Under the pieces are notes generated by a model. It saw only the letters and a list, made by a program, of their open reading frames with translations, was not told where the DNA came from and searched no databases. Made by a program: the position numbers and the translations under genes. Positions 1 through 13,186 of a stretch of DNA of 64,000 nt are shown in pieces (within the stretch, counting starts at the first letter, position 1; the number at the start of each line of letters is the position of its first letter). Source of the stretch: Utricularia gibba (Eukaryota > Plantae > Magnoliophyta); NCBI GenBank assembly GCA_002189035.1, contig NEEC01000014.1, positions 1,612,001-1,676,000 on the forward strand, written 5' to 3'.

Positions 1-950
1 GACATATTCATTCTGGGAAAGAAAAAGAGAAAGTGGTTTGTCTTCTCAAATAGAATTTTGGGTTAGCAACAAAAGGACCGAGGGGACAAGGCCGGGGGTG
101 AAGATTAGGTTTTTCTCAACTTCTTGTAATCAACCCTACGCATCATGTCGCTTGTGCAATTGGGAAGGTAAAAGTAGTGCAATAGGCTCAGTTGCTTTTT
201 TTGTCTTTAATCCTTTGGTCTTTTACTTTTTACATTTTACTGTCCCTGATCTGATGAATGGCTGTAACTCTATGGTTGGTTCATTCATGAAATTTCGAAG
301 TCAGCAATAGCTAGCTGTACATCATCTGCCACGAACTCCGCTCATATTCTGTTTGTTTACATTCCATTAGAATTTAGTGCTTTCTGCTCGGTTCTGTAGT
401 TGCCCATCGCAGTTGCCAGAGATATTTTACCGTCATTTCACCATTTCGGTGAGTGGCTTCTCAGTTGGTCTATCCAAAAATACTGTAAAAGATTCACGGT
501 TTTCTTATCCTGGGATAAGGGAATTGTTTTCTACGAACCATGATTGATCCTAGATGATTTGAGCAGCTGGCAGTATTTGGATTTCTTCTTCATTTTTTTT
601 TTTTTTTTGCAATGGAAAATAAGAAAATGAAAATGCGTGGTACACTGGGTTTCACCTTTCCCTCTGAGGCTCTAGGATGCTGCATTAATGGGTTTTCTTT
701 TGCCTTTTTCTTAATAACTTCCTTCTCAGTATTATAAAGTTGTCTGGTTCATTTCTCCCTTCTTGGTTCTTGTTGGTCAGAGGCATCTTTTGCTTTTATC
801 TTCAGTTGAACAGAAACTAGCCCCAAGGTAGATTTGGAATTTGGTCATTTCAAACTTTCCGGAATCTTAATCTTCCGAGCTGCTTTCAAGAGAGATATTT
901 GGAGTTGTCTGGTGACCCATTAGACAACTTCCCCGGATAATCTTGCAAGA

Positions 951-2501
951 ATGTCTAATGGAGTTGAACCTTTTTACATCTCTGGTTGGGATCCACTGGT
1001 TTCTCCCAATCAAGATGGAAGTTTTCCTGTAAGCTCTTCGATGGTAACTCAGAGTGCTGCGGCTATTCCACACTTCTCAGCTTTGTTGGAAAGCCAGCAT
1101 ATGGGAATGGGAATGAGAATCCTCAACACTTCAGATATGATGATTGCTGAGGAACACAAACCAGGCTTTTACCACATTTCGTCCCAAAACTTGGAAACAA
1201 AAGGAGGCTCCAATTCTTGCCCAAATTCAGAAAATGGAGGATTACTTGGAGTTTCTCCATCAAATGCAAGGGGCAAAAGAAAGGTAGCAGCTTAGCTTAC
1301 ATCTTTTCTTTTCAGATGAGTTGTAACAGACGAATGATTGCAGGTTGAACAACACCCAAGGATTTCAAGTACGGAGATTGTAGATGATAAGATAAATGAT
1401 TGTGATCCAAATTTTAATTCTAATTATCGAGGCAAGCAGCAGGCAGTTAAACAAGCGAAGGATAACTTGATCAGAGCTGAAAATTCCAAGGAAAATTATG
1501 TTCACGTGAGGGCCAAAAGAGGCCAGGCAACAAACAGCCACAGCCTTGCTGAAAGGGTGTGTAATCCTTCTATTCGTCTGGTCTGATCTTCGCTGTTAGT
1601 TTACTGAACTGAAACTTGTAATTCACAGGTTAGAAGGGAGAAAATCAGTGAGCGGATGAAATTGCTCCAGGACCTTGTTCCAGGATGTAATAAGGTGTGG
1701 GGAATTTCTCAGACTAAAGACATATTTTTGGTTGGGTTGTCTCCCATTAATTCTGCTGTGTGTTCATTTTAAATTTTGAAGATCACTGGCAAAGCTGTGA
1801 TGCTTGATGAGATTATCAACTATGTGCAATCACTGCAGCAACAGGTTGAGGTACGCTGCTGCAATCTCATGACATGTGTAAATCTATTAGTTTTAGTTAT
1901 CTGAAACAATCATGGAAATCTGGGAGGAGATTGACTCACTGTGAATGCAGTTTCTGTCAATGAAGCTAGCTACTGTAAACCCGGAGATCAACATGGATAT
2001 AGATCGGATTTTGCCTAGTGAAGTATGCATATTTGTGAACAAATACAAGATGAAACTTTTTTCTGGTTATTTTAAAAATGTTGCTCATATATTCGTCCTG
2101 CAAAATCTATCTGGTAGATCCTTCATCCGCAAAGTAATGAGGCAAGCATCGTTGGTACGGGCCCAGGATTACGTTACCCTCAATCATTCCAGGGACATCA
2201 CCCTCAAGTTCCCATGAATGGTTTCCCTGTCACAAATCCACCATTTCACCACTTACCGCCGGTAACATAAATACATTGTATATTCAACTTTGTTTGCTTT
2301 CTCTGAAACCATTTTCCTTGTCAGAGCTCATGGAACAGCGAGCTTCAAAGCATTCTTCGCCCAGGATTTGGATCTGATCAATCTATCAACTGTTTGGAAC
2401 CAAGTGGTGAATATTTGAAATCACTCTGGATTGAATTTGTGGTTTAACTGACTGCATTGATTCTTACAAACGTGGTGATGTATTTTACAGGGCCTTCATA
2501 A
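951..2501 (+). CDS. bHLH transcription factor, CIB/BEE subfamily (bHLH74-like); about 8 exons, 5' and 3' ends approximate
   Basis: Spliced reading gives ENYVHVRAKRGQATNSHSLAERV|RREKISERMKLLQDLVPGCNK|ITGKAVMLDEIINYVQSLQQQVE|FLSMKLATVNPE, the hallmark of this subfamily, with GT-AG introns. The N-terminal EPFYISGWDPLV motif resembles bHLH74. Confidence 0.88.
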
Positions 2502-2949
2502 ACGGGGAAGATAAGTAAAGATATTCATGTTGAAGCAGATTGAGGGCTGCAGTCAGTAAATGTTTATAGTGTTTTGCTCTGAATCTAGTGGTTTTATAGG
2601 TTCTGAGTTCCTTAGTCATCGAGTTTTAACTGAAGAAAGGCTTGACAGCTGCTTATATGCAATTTATCTACCAAGCGAACGACAAACACACAAGGGGTGT
2701 CCTCTTGAAAGGAAAACAGGCAAGACTTTACATTATGTCAACTGTATGATTCAGTATGCAGACTTGTAACTAATTACTGCTGGTGTTGTGTGTCAAAAAC
2801 TGCTTGTAACAAGTTTGGCTTGAAAAAGTTGCCATTTTTGAATCAATGTAGCTTTTTCTAGTTGCTGTTGCTTTACAATAAAAGTTCAAGTTGAGTGCAA
2901 TTAGGCTAAAAAGTTTGATTATCAATCCAGGCCAACATGAGCTATGCAA

Positions 2950-4125
2950 TCCGTCCCCACCAACATGGGCTTCGGTTGGAAACAATAATTTGGATATTGG
3001 ATTGTTCTGAGGAACCAGTACTTTCTTTCATGAATTATAAACCATCCATGAAGATGGGCACGAACAGCAATGACCACACCATGCCATCCACCTGATTCTT
3101 CCTAGGCCTTAATCCTCCACTCCAGCTGTCCCACTAAACTCAAAGAAGTTGAGGAAAACTCCATTGACTTGCTGTTCTACTGCGAAATGAAATGCTAAAT
3201 TGATGAGCTGCAGCCCTGTAAGAAGATTCTCACCCTTATTTACAAATTACCAACTACCTTGAACCAGCACCAGTTCATCGTCATCCTATAGCACAAATAC
3301 ATCTGCACGTATCATTATCTTGTTCAAGCATGGTGATATGAACGCACAGGACTAAATCAACATTGCAACTAATGAGGAATCGTAATATCATACTTTAGAT
3401 ATGTGACAACGCACTCTCTAACAATGTTGCAAGATGAGCTGATTAAATCATACCTTGAAGTCAGGGATAGTCCTCTTCAAGAAATCTGGGTTCCGCTGGA
3501 AATCCGCATCAAAAATTGCCACAAACCCATAATCCTTAACATAACTCCAACTCAACACGAATTAGCAGCTGCGTAGATGAGTCATTTGAGTCGTCCAAGA
3601 CTCAATGAGAATTCTCTCTTTTAGCCAATCCAGATTACACCCAGCAGCATTTGATTGTTGATATGTCTAACAACAAATTCATGCAGGACTGAGTCATATG
3701 CAAAAACTAAAGAACTCCATGGGTTCTCCACATTTTCAACTTTTACAATAGATATGCCGAAGCGATGAGTGAAGTTCCCCTCCTTCTCATTACACATGGG
3801 AATCGGAACCGATACCATTGGGAAGACATATGCATCTCCGTCTCCGGCTTCAAGATAAATGTAGTCAATTTTAGGGATTATTCCCGAGTTTTATACAGAA
3901 GCAACCGAGACAAAGGAATAGCCTATACAAGATCCGAACGAAGACACAGCAATAGAAACCCTCTGATGCAGTCATAGAGCCGCGGTATCACGGCCGGGTT
4001 TCACATCAACGAGATTTTCATGGAGTTCCTACGCCCGGCAACCACATGCCGACAAAGCACGGCGGCCAGGGACAAAAATGCGGCTGCAATAGAGGTGCGG
4101 CACTTTCTGGGCTTTCAACTGCATA
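2950..4125 (-). pseudogene. CSLC: Cellulose synthase-like C (xyloglucan backbone synthase, CSLC12-like) pseudogene
   Basis: Recognisable fragments include [112 protein letters not shown] and RIKA*EESGGW...IAVRAHLHGW. In-frame stops lie at 3247-3249 and 3102-3104, with several frameshifts and large internal deletions. Confidence 0.92.
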
Positions 4126-5856
4126 GCGGTGTTGTTTGGCCCAGGGCCAGATGTTAAAAATAATAAATTAATAGATTTTTCTAAACTCGAATAAAATTTT
4201 TATTTAATGATTTTTACAGAAATTCATTCATTAGGTAAATTTTTTTAAACCCATATAAAATTTATATTTAATAGTATATCATTAAAACGTCACTATTTAA
4301 ATATATTTTTTATTAATTTAAACAATTATAAATCATCTATCAAACACGTCATCATAAATAAATAATTATTTCATGGTTTATCTAAATCATATTAATTTTT
4401 TATAAGGTTAGGAAATACAATATCAGGTTGAAAAACTCTATTGCATCCCCTATACGGTGACTTAGATAATAATTTTCGAACAAATAATCCCACATCAAAA
4501 AATAAAAATAGAATAATTAATTATATAAAAAAATATTAATCATTAATAATTAATTGAGTTTAATGTATGCCCACACACATCGGTTTCCACTATATTTCGT
4601 ACACCGCTCGCGCCTCGAAGGCAGGCGGTGATGCGGCGGAGCGGTGGAGTGGAGTGGACTGGAAGCCCTCCGGAATCGGTTGGCTGGACGACAAGCGTGA
4701 ACCAGCTTTGCATTTCAGTCGCCTGCCTGATCTTCTTATATTTATGCAGCAAGATCCTGGTTTTATCTCCATACGAAGCACTGTTAAATTGAGGGTTACC
4801 GGTGTCCTGTCAAGGTGCGCCGGCGTTTTGGGTGGAAGCTTGAGAAGGGTAATCAGCAGCTGCAGCAGAGGATAATGCTACAATCAAATATCCCATACTT
4901 AAGGCATGTACAAGTGTATGTGGTTTGGAGATGGTCATCTGGAGCTGGATCAAAATGAAGTGAAGATGAAGAAACCTGATGGTGATGAAGAACAAGTGGA
5001 GTCACACTGCTGGTGACGTGTGGAGAAAGCGTCTCTTGGTGTTCTTTACGTGAAAAAGGAGCTGAGATGACTACAGAAATTGTCCACCTGGTTGAGTCCC
5101 CTTCCAAACAAAGACCTGTGAAGCTGATCTCATACCATTCTCCAAAGGCCTACGCAATTTTTTGGCCCACCCCTCGGAATGTACATTCCATCACTTTACA
5201 GTAACTGAGAGTTCCACTGAAGCAATCAATATTAAGAAGCAATGAAAGCATGATCATGTGACCTGGTGACAAAAATGAGTTGTTTAATTTACAGCTGCTT
5301 TGAGTTGTAGGAGGAACAAGAGTCAACAGAGATTGGATAAAGGTTTGGACAAAAGATTTGGTGATGTCCACCCCATGGCATTGCTCTCTGGCCACAGCCT
5401 CATGTTTAAACAAAAAAAGGTAGCATAAACAAACCACCACCACTTTCAACATCTGACAGACTGCACCGCCTTCTGACAAAAATGTCGACTTGCACTCTCT
5501 CTGCCTGAGAAACGTATTTTATTCCTATACATCCATCATCTCCGTACGTGTTCTTCGATGCTTTGATGCAAAAACATTGATTCAAAGTATACAATGAGCT
5601 ATAGTATCATTTGATTGGTCGATTTTAGCATCAATCGTTGAAGGAAAAAAATGAAGGAATCATGAATCGTGATTAAAGCAGCAATCAAAGAACCCCCTCG
5701 AACACTGAGCCACAACAAAAGAGAGACCTGCAAATGTTGGGAGTACAACACGAGAAATTAAGCTGTTAAAGCTGAATAGCACACAATGCATCTTAGTTAT
5801 GGTTTGAATTGAAGGAAGCCATGGGAACTGAGGCGTGCTATCAGAATGAGGGTGAA

Positions 5857-8051
5857 TTAAGGAGCGAGCCTGTAAGGGCCTTCTCCCAGGTAATGGCCGT
5901 CCATGTAAAGGGTCGGATTCTGGGGATGATGGAATCCATCCATCACCATGAACTGCATATCTTCCGAGGGCTTCCAGTGTCGTTTCCTCTGATTAATGAA
6001 CCAGTTGTTGATCTGCTTCTGATCCAATCCGGTAGCCTCCGCCAACGCCACCTTCTCGGATTCCTGCACAGGCGAATGCTAAATAAAGAGATTGCATTGC
6101 TGTGATCGCAGCTGATGGTAGAGCTTACCGAAGGATAAGGCCATTTGTAGTGCAACTCCCACCAGCTGAGAAGCTTCTGCCGGGCTTCTTTAGGAAGCTT
6201 ACCCTTCTTTTTCTTCTTCGAAAGCTCTTGTCTGAGGCTACTGAGATATCCACTGTACTTCCTAAGAAGATGGTTCTTGAGCTCACGATCTTCCGCTCGA
6301 GGGTCGATCCCTGGGACACCTCCTGCTTCCACGCCGACGCTGTTTTCTTGATCATCATCAGATGAACCACCCCCGACGCTGTTATCATCTTCGTTTTGTA
6401 CACCAAGATAAAAGCAAAAAAAGAGTCAAGTTCAGGTAGCAGTAGTAGTAATCTGAGTGAGAGATTACTGAAAGAAATCAAGGATCAATTTCACATGATC
6501 ACTTACACTTTGTTTGCGAACACAAGAAATAGAATAAATGACATCAGATCCGACAAGCGATTAGGTCTCAGGGACGATGTAGCACAAGGAGATGAACAGT
6601 GTCCTATGATTCCCACATACCCACTTCACTTGCACACACTTTAACTCTATTAACCAATTCTTTTTTTCACCAACACCTAGAAAAACAGGGAACCTTAATA
6701 TTCTTTGAACTGGTGTTGGCTTTCTAAACCCTATACGACTTTCCTGAAATTAGGTATTCAACATTCAAGGTGTTATACTTGAAAGAAACTGGAGCTCAGA
6801 AGTTAAATTCAAAGAATCATATGAATGTAAATAAGGTTCAGTTTCGGGAAGAGGTGTGACTGACTTCACTTGGAAAGCTGTGCCCTCGTGGTTTAGGGTT
6901 TTGTTTTTTGCTCAGTAGGCATCAGTGTAAAAACACTAAAACAGAGAAGCTGCCAGCGAACTCTCGTTCTCCGTTGGAAATACCAAACGCCTGAAAAACT
7001 TATTCACTGTAATCAATGCTAAAATTTCCAAAAAAAAAAAAACCCCCCCGCCACAGCCACACCGGCGCCACCGTCAACCTCTCAATAGTAGAAAAAAAAA
7101 AAACACAACTGGGTCTGCGTCTTTTTAAGTAATCTACAATTCTAGCTTGTCCTGAGAAACACCCAGAAAAGAATGTTCGTATTTTTAGTTATATTTAAAC
7201 TGAAGATGAAGTTTCGTACCGGAGTTGAAACCTCGAGTCGGAGCAGTTGTGAGCATACTGAGCTGCGTTTCGACACGGCGCATGAACTCCATGGCTTCCT
7301 GCAGAGGCCTAGTCAATTCCTCCCGATACTTCACCAGCATATCGTAGTAAGCTTCCTGATAACGGAGCAAACAAATTGGAGCGAGTTTTATTTTAGAACT
7401 CGAGTTGCCAATAATAACTACCATGAATTGATCTAGCTCTGGATCCTTGGAATTGCCATCGCTATCTCTGTTGGCGCCCCGATGCCACGCTTCGAAATCT
7501 TGCCGGACTTGAGCAAGGCGCGCCACCACCTCGGGGGGAGCCCCCACCTTCAATATCGTGGTCGTTACCACAATGTAATCATAAAGTAGAAGTAACTGTA
7601 GAGAGACAAAAAGAGAACGGGTTTCTCAGAGTAAGACCTTGTGGCAATCCATGTAGGCTTCAAGGAGATTGGAGTACTGGGGATGTGCAACAATCTTCGC
7701 TTTAACAGCATCAGCCTGAAAAAGTTCAACTGGCTGCCGTTGAGCCGATGAAGCTGCGTAATGGAATTTATCAGTGTTATTGTTATATGAAAACCCAGGT
7801 TCGGTTATGACGGTGTGGTGCTGCGATTGATCGAAACAGACACCTAATCCCCCGAACTCTAACTGGTGGAGATGATCGCCGCCGGATCCCGGAGACACTC
7901 TCCCCTGGAATGGGAGAGACGAGGAGCTGGGAGCAACAACCGGACCTCCTCCGGCAGTGTACACAAAACCGGCTCGTGAATAATTATTGTTGTCACTATT
8001 ATTATTATTCACGTTTTCGGTGAGATGCGAAGGATGAGTGTATCCCTCCAT
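5857..8051 (-). CDS. KNAT1: Class I KNOX homeodomain protein, BREVIPEDICELLUS/KNAT1 orthologue (5 exons)
   Basis: KNOX1 ([23 protein letters not shown]), KNOX2 (DPELDQFM|[24 protein letters not shown]), ELK ([34 protein letters not shown]) and homeodomain ([12 protein letters not shown]|[32 protein letters not shown]) are present. The C-terminus [16 protein letters not shown] is BP-type. ATG at 8051. Confidence 0.93.
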
Positions 8052-11000
8052 CGCGACAGATCGCAAAATCCAAAAACTTCTTCAAAACCCTATAATAAAA
8101 AACGAAGAGGGATCTCCTTCTGCTGCAACTGCTACTACCTGTTTGGTTTCTTCTTCAATCCTGCAAACAGCAAACGAAAGAAGGATCAGAACTTGGCATT
8201 TGCCCTTCTTCCATCCACAGCAAGAAAATCTTGGGACATCTTGCCTTATCAACTGAAAACATCCGGGAAAAGAAAAGAGAAAGCCAACGACTAAGAACTG
8301 AAATGAAAGCATAGGGAAGACGCGAAGACCTCAGATGGGGCTGCAGCCGACGAGGCTGGAAGTGGTGGAGGAGACGAGTGGAAAAGCTTCTTCTTCATGA
8401 GGACGACAAGACCTTCTCTCATGGTTGCAGTTGCAGGATAAATAATACATGAAATTCCCCCTCTCCCCATCCCACGTATTCTTTATATCTAAAATACACA
8501 TTCCCTTACTTTCGTCATACGAAATATTTCTGCATGTCTTATGTAAACCTTTATTACAACTAGTTTTTTAAGGGTACGGACTCATTTTTTTGTTTAAAAA
8601 TTTCCACTTGACATAATTCTTATTGCTAATTTAGCATTACGTTGATGGTACAACAATACGTTAATTATATATGTGAATTATATTAGAAAAGATTAAATTC
8701 AATTGATTATTAGTTATTTATAATTTCTTATGTATTATTTAATCTTGTAATTTTCAATAGTAGGATAAAAAAAATAGGACAGAACGCATGTGTGATGGAT
8801 AAGGTTTGTTCGTCTTAGCTCTCTGTGTACTAGGGTTTGATCGGGGAGGATAGATTCATCATTTCACAGAAGCGAGCTCCCGGACATTTCGCGCCCCACT
8901 GGGTCCCACAGATAAAGGGCACGGGGGGTGACAGTCGTTATCAGTCACCCCTCCCCGCCCCCTCTTCTTTATCTTTCTCTGCTTGTTCTGTCCGTCCATT
9001 TCAATCAAACTTTTTCGGGTTTTTTTTTATTGCTCCAGCTTTCAATACGAGACGTCGTCCTTTCATCACACAAAAAGCTATACATGGTCTTCGAAGTTTT
9101 CCTTCTTTCAAAAATAAAAAATGGAAACAGATTTTATATTGAAAAGAGTTAAAAAAATGATAATAATTGGAGAGATTATTACAAGACAAGAGCAGCCAGC
9201 ATTGAAGCTATGGAGCATCACAGCGTTCTGGTTGGTTGAAGTTGTCTGTTTTCAGTTTGACAAAAGCCCTCGTACACGCACCGCTGTCCAGTCTTGAAGC
9301 TGGATTGTGTTACCCATTTCTGTTCACCTTCTTTCTGTGTTAAAATAATAATAAAAAAGCTTGCTCTCTGGAAGCAACCCCATGGCACTAAGTCCGCATC
9401 CTGTGGCGGGTAAGTAAAAGATGAACAGAAGATGATGGCTTTGTTTTATGACGTCTTCTCCGTAATTACTCAGTTTTTGGACTTTTGCACTGTAATCACC
9501 AAAAGAAATTGCGGACGACGGCAGTTCAAGTACAAGGCCAGGTATTTGGAGTGAGACGGGTGACCAATCCCATGGTCTGGCTCCGGCGCTCCGTCAGTCG
9601 GGCTTGGGAAAGCAAGCTAAGTTACTGCCGTCAATGCTCGTGTTGCTGTAGGTTTAACTCTGGAAAAAAGGGGGGGTTTTCTGAACCAAAACGGGCCCTG
9701 TGATGCAATTATTGCTATTAATTTGGAGAGGAAAATTGATGGGTGAACTATACGAAGACGATGATGGAGTCGGGGAGCATGGAACGACAGGCAGAGGTTG
9801 TAACGAGGCCCACTTAACTGAAGGAAACCCACGTTGCCCCAGTCTCCCCTTCCCTCGTTGAGCTGCCCTGCCGCCGGTGGGTCTGCTGTCATCACATCAG
9901 ATTGGACGGCGGGCCACCGCCATAATTCCTCACCGCACTATCACCTTCTTGTATACATAGACAGACAGCTTTCAATGCAAAGATATTATTATTTCTCACA
10001 TGATTAGTTGTAAGTTAAGTTGTTTGTACATACATAATAATTTCTGCTTTTTTGTCATCGAAATCTTCTTAGAATGTACCTGTTACTAAACTAATTTTGC
10101 AAGTGTTCTCCTTTCCGGATCTAAGCTCTTGTAAAATTATGCTCGGGTGATCATATTGACATCACAACCCCACTGGCTGCAGCACGTCGAGTGACGATAT
10201 CTGCGTGTAGATGCAGTTATTCCACCATCTGCCACAATGCAAAACGACAGAAGTGATTGAAAAAGCCCTAAACCCCCTCCCTGATAACATCAGTGATCTG
10301 ATGTTCCCTGATCCACGAAAGGCTCAGTCTTTCCAAGGATTTGTTGACAAAAGTCTCGGGAGTGCCTGTTTTCGTTTTTTACTTTTTCACGCATCATTCA
10401 TTCTAGGGCTCTAGGAACTAATCAGCAATGCCATAGGTTAAAGATGGGGTTTTTATTCACACCAATTCGTGACTCTGTGGGCATGGCAATCTTGGTTTGT
10501 GCCTCAGTAAAAGTGGCATGTTTTTGACCATTCTCTTCTGCTGTTTTGCTTCGAATGTGGGCTTGAGTGGATAGATTCAAGAAGTACAAGGTGGAGTTCT
10601 GTCAGCCACAAACGTCAAATCCGGAAGCTAAGTTTCCACACACACATCATGCTCATGATCTTCCTTAGCCCTCAACCAACCCCACCGATCCAGCCAGCCA
10701 AAACCCAACTCCTCTTTTTTAAACAACACGCATCCTCTAAACTAATAACGCCAATTTATTGCAGGCACCAGAGGGTGTGAACTTTGAAGCCTCAGCATCA
10801 CACTTCAAATGAGGCTCAATGCCATTAAACTATCAAAACCAGAGCAAATCAAATCATTAACGCTATGAACCACCCATCTGTATAGTTTACAGATTGGAGG
10901 CTCTCTGCTCTCAGCTTCTTGGTTCAGATGGAATGGGCACAAGAGTGTGCATGGACGAGTTCGAGTTCCGATTGGCATGAACCATACCATGCATTATAGA

Positions 11001-11585
11001 GACTTCATCTTTAATGTATATTCTTATATCGAAATATAAAATTGAAATAATTAAGTATATAATAAATTAAAAATCAATACTAATGATTGTACCTAATGTT
11101 TATTTGATATATGTCGAGCACCTACTTCGCCGCAAAGCAATGCTCAATTACATGCTAATGACATAGGGGAAGAAAGCGAGCCTGAACTGGAAACCGATGC
11201 AGCAAGGAGAAGCGGTTGATTGCGGGGCCCATTGGGCCTGCCCGAAACCGCTTTCCCGTTGGGCCTCCTATATTTACAGTTTATATTAGTGTGGGACCAA
11301 CCGTATTAATGTTATCGTTTCATTTTAAGAATTTTTCGGATTATTTATGATCATTTCTAACATAAGATTAAGATTAAAAAAATACATATAGAAGTCAAGT
11401 TTAGAATATAATGAGTAAACTTTATGTAATAGTAGGAAATATCTGATTTAACCTTGTTGGTAACTAACTAAAGAAGTCAACCTTCAAAAAATTTGGACTC
11501 TTTCATTCATCTTTAACAAAAAAGTCGGGTATCTACCCAATTATCTTAAAAGTTCTCATGGAAGATCACTTATTCGAAATTTCAC

Positions 11586-11700
11586 CAAATTCTTTAGCTT
11601 TCATGTTTTTGTACCATCATATATAATATTTTCAATCGTTATAGATTCATCAAATTTTTTTAGCTTTCACGTTTTTTGTATCATCATATATAATGTTTTC
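11586..11700. repeat. Degenerate direct repeat, 2 copies of about 48-50 nt with a period near 65 nt
   Basis: caaattctttagctttcatgtttttgtaccatcatatataatattttc (11586) matches caaattttttagctttcacgttttttgtatcatcatatataatgttttc-like sequence at 11651. Confidence 0.8.
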
Positions 11701-11779
11701 TATATTGTTTGGGACTATGAAACACTTCTATTTGTTGGTAACAACAATGATAATCGTTCTTTCATGTACAAAGCTTGCC

Positions 11780-12167
11780 CAGATATGAATGGGAGATGAT
11801 TATGATAGGAATATTATGCATGGATAATGTTTTCTATGATATTTCTTTTGTATTGGTTAACACGCAAAGTTCTTATTGTATTCACAACATAAATTATGCT
11901 CCAGACATTATTGTAATGTTGAATACAAAGTCACCACTTGACAACGGTTTGCCCGTCACTTCAATGCTGCGTAGAAAGGGATTTGCCCTAAATAATTCTT
12001 CTTGTTTGAGTGTGAAAGGTGGCCCGTCATAAGTTATGAGTGTTTCAAAATTTTGAACTTGCATGTTTATGGAAGTTGAATTTATCATCATCGATCAGAA
12101 TTGTAAGAAAGATTCCATTAACAGTTTGATTGGGTTCTATCATAACATGGAATCCCATATCATAAAA
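11780..12167 (-). mobile_element. Possible decayed endogenous viral (caulimovirid/30K-superfamily) movement-protein fragment
   Basis: An A-rich broken frame reads FYDMGFHVMIEPNQTVNGIFLTILIDDDKFNF and, after a frameshift, FETLITYDGPPFTLKQEELFRANPFLRSIEVTGKPLSSGDFVFNITI. By eye this loosely echoes the 30K MP core (G-x-x-V-x-I-x-P, hydrophobic-D, DGP, GDxxFxIT). Not tested by search. Confidence 0.25.
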
Positions 12168-13186
12168 TCAATTTGAAATAATCAATTATATAAGAAATTA
12201 TAAATTATTAATAATCGTTTGAATTTAATTTTTTATATTATAATTATTGTTTTTTATGTACTTGAAATTAACGGGTGCTCCATTCTATCCTAAATTTCAA
12301 CAGTTTACATGATGATGTGGGAGTGTCTGATTGAGTGTGGTGATGGTCTGATTATCTGGGACGACGTCCCATGAAACCTAGTTCTCGATTTCGTTGAGGC
12401 CATGCCAATGAAAGATGAAGGAAATGTCTTTATGGAAGGGGGTGTTTTGATTCTGTTTGATGGGGTTTATCTACCACCCTAAGGCCCCTCCAACAGGCTC
12501 CTATCCCTCGTCCCATGTTTCATAAATACCCACTTCGCCATTTCTGTTTGATTGACGTCTTCTTTAAGGAAAAAAACTACAATTCTGTCATGAAAGAATG
12601 TATGGTTGAGCACTGAAAGCACGGCCTTTGCGTGGATTTGCAAGCAAAAATATAACGTTTCTTTAGATATCTACCAGCCAGGGGCCCTACGGGTAGCGGG
12701 ATCCCTGATACAGAAAGAAAGAAAGCTGCTAGCTACGAGGTCTCACCCATCCCCTTGCATTTTCAAGTGTATTATCTCGCACAAAACGATGGCTGTCTGC
12801 CCGTTTGTGTGGTGGTGCACATAATTTAGTGGCACACAATGTAAAGTATTGGCTCATTGTGATGTTGATGTGTCTGTGTGTGGACAAATATCACACAGAT
12901 AATTGGAGAGTTGAGTGTGTAGGGGACTATGTAGTCTGTCGACTGTACCTAACTATTTAATGCATTGGGAACTTTTATAAACTCTGCGTTCGCATGGGAC
13001 AAGCGTGCAGCTATTTCTTCCTCCACGGCTCCCTTTCTTTACTTTGTTTGAAGGATGCGATGCACACATCCCTCTCTTCCATTTTGCTATCCATCGATTT
13101 CCTCTGCAATTGATCGGCCTCCTCTATTCTTCTCTTCATTTGTGTCCGAACCTTCTGCTGCCTGGACAAGTTGCTGTTGAGGTTCC

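Noticed and set aside
4485-4600. TCCCACATC resembling the snRNA/telomerase-RNA USE promoter element
   Set aside because: The match is imperfect, USE-TATA spacing does not fit, and no recognisable snRNA follows.
12309-12353. ATGATGA...CTGA...TGATGG...CTGA box C/D-like layout
   Set aside because: At about 45 nt it is too short for a plant snoRNA, and no rRNA guide was evident.
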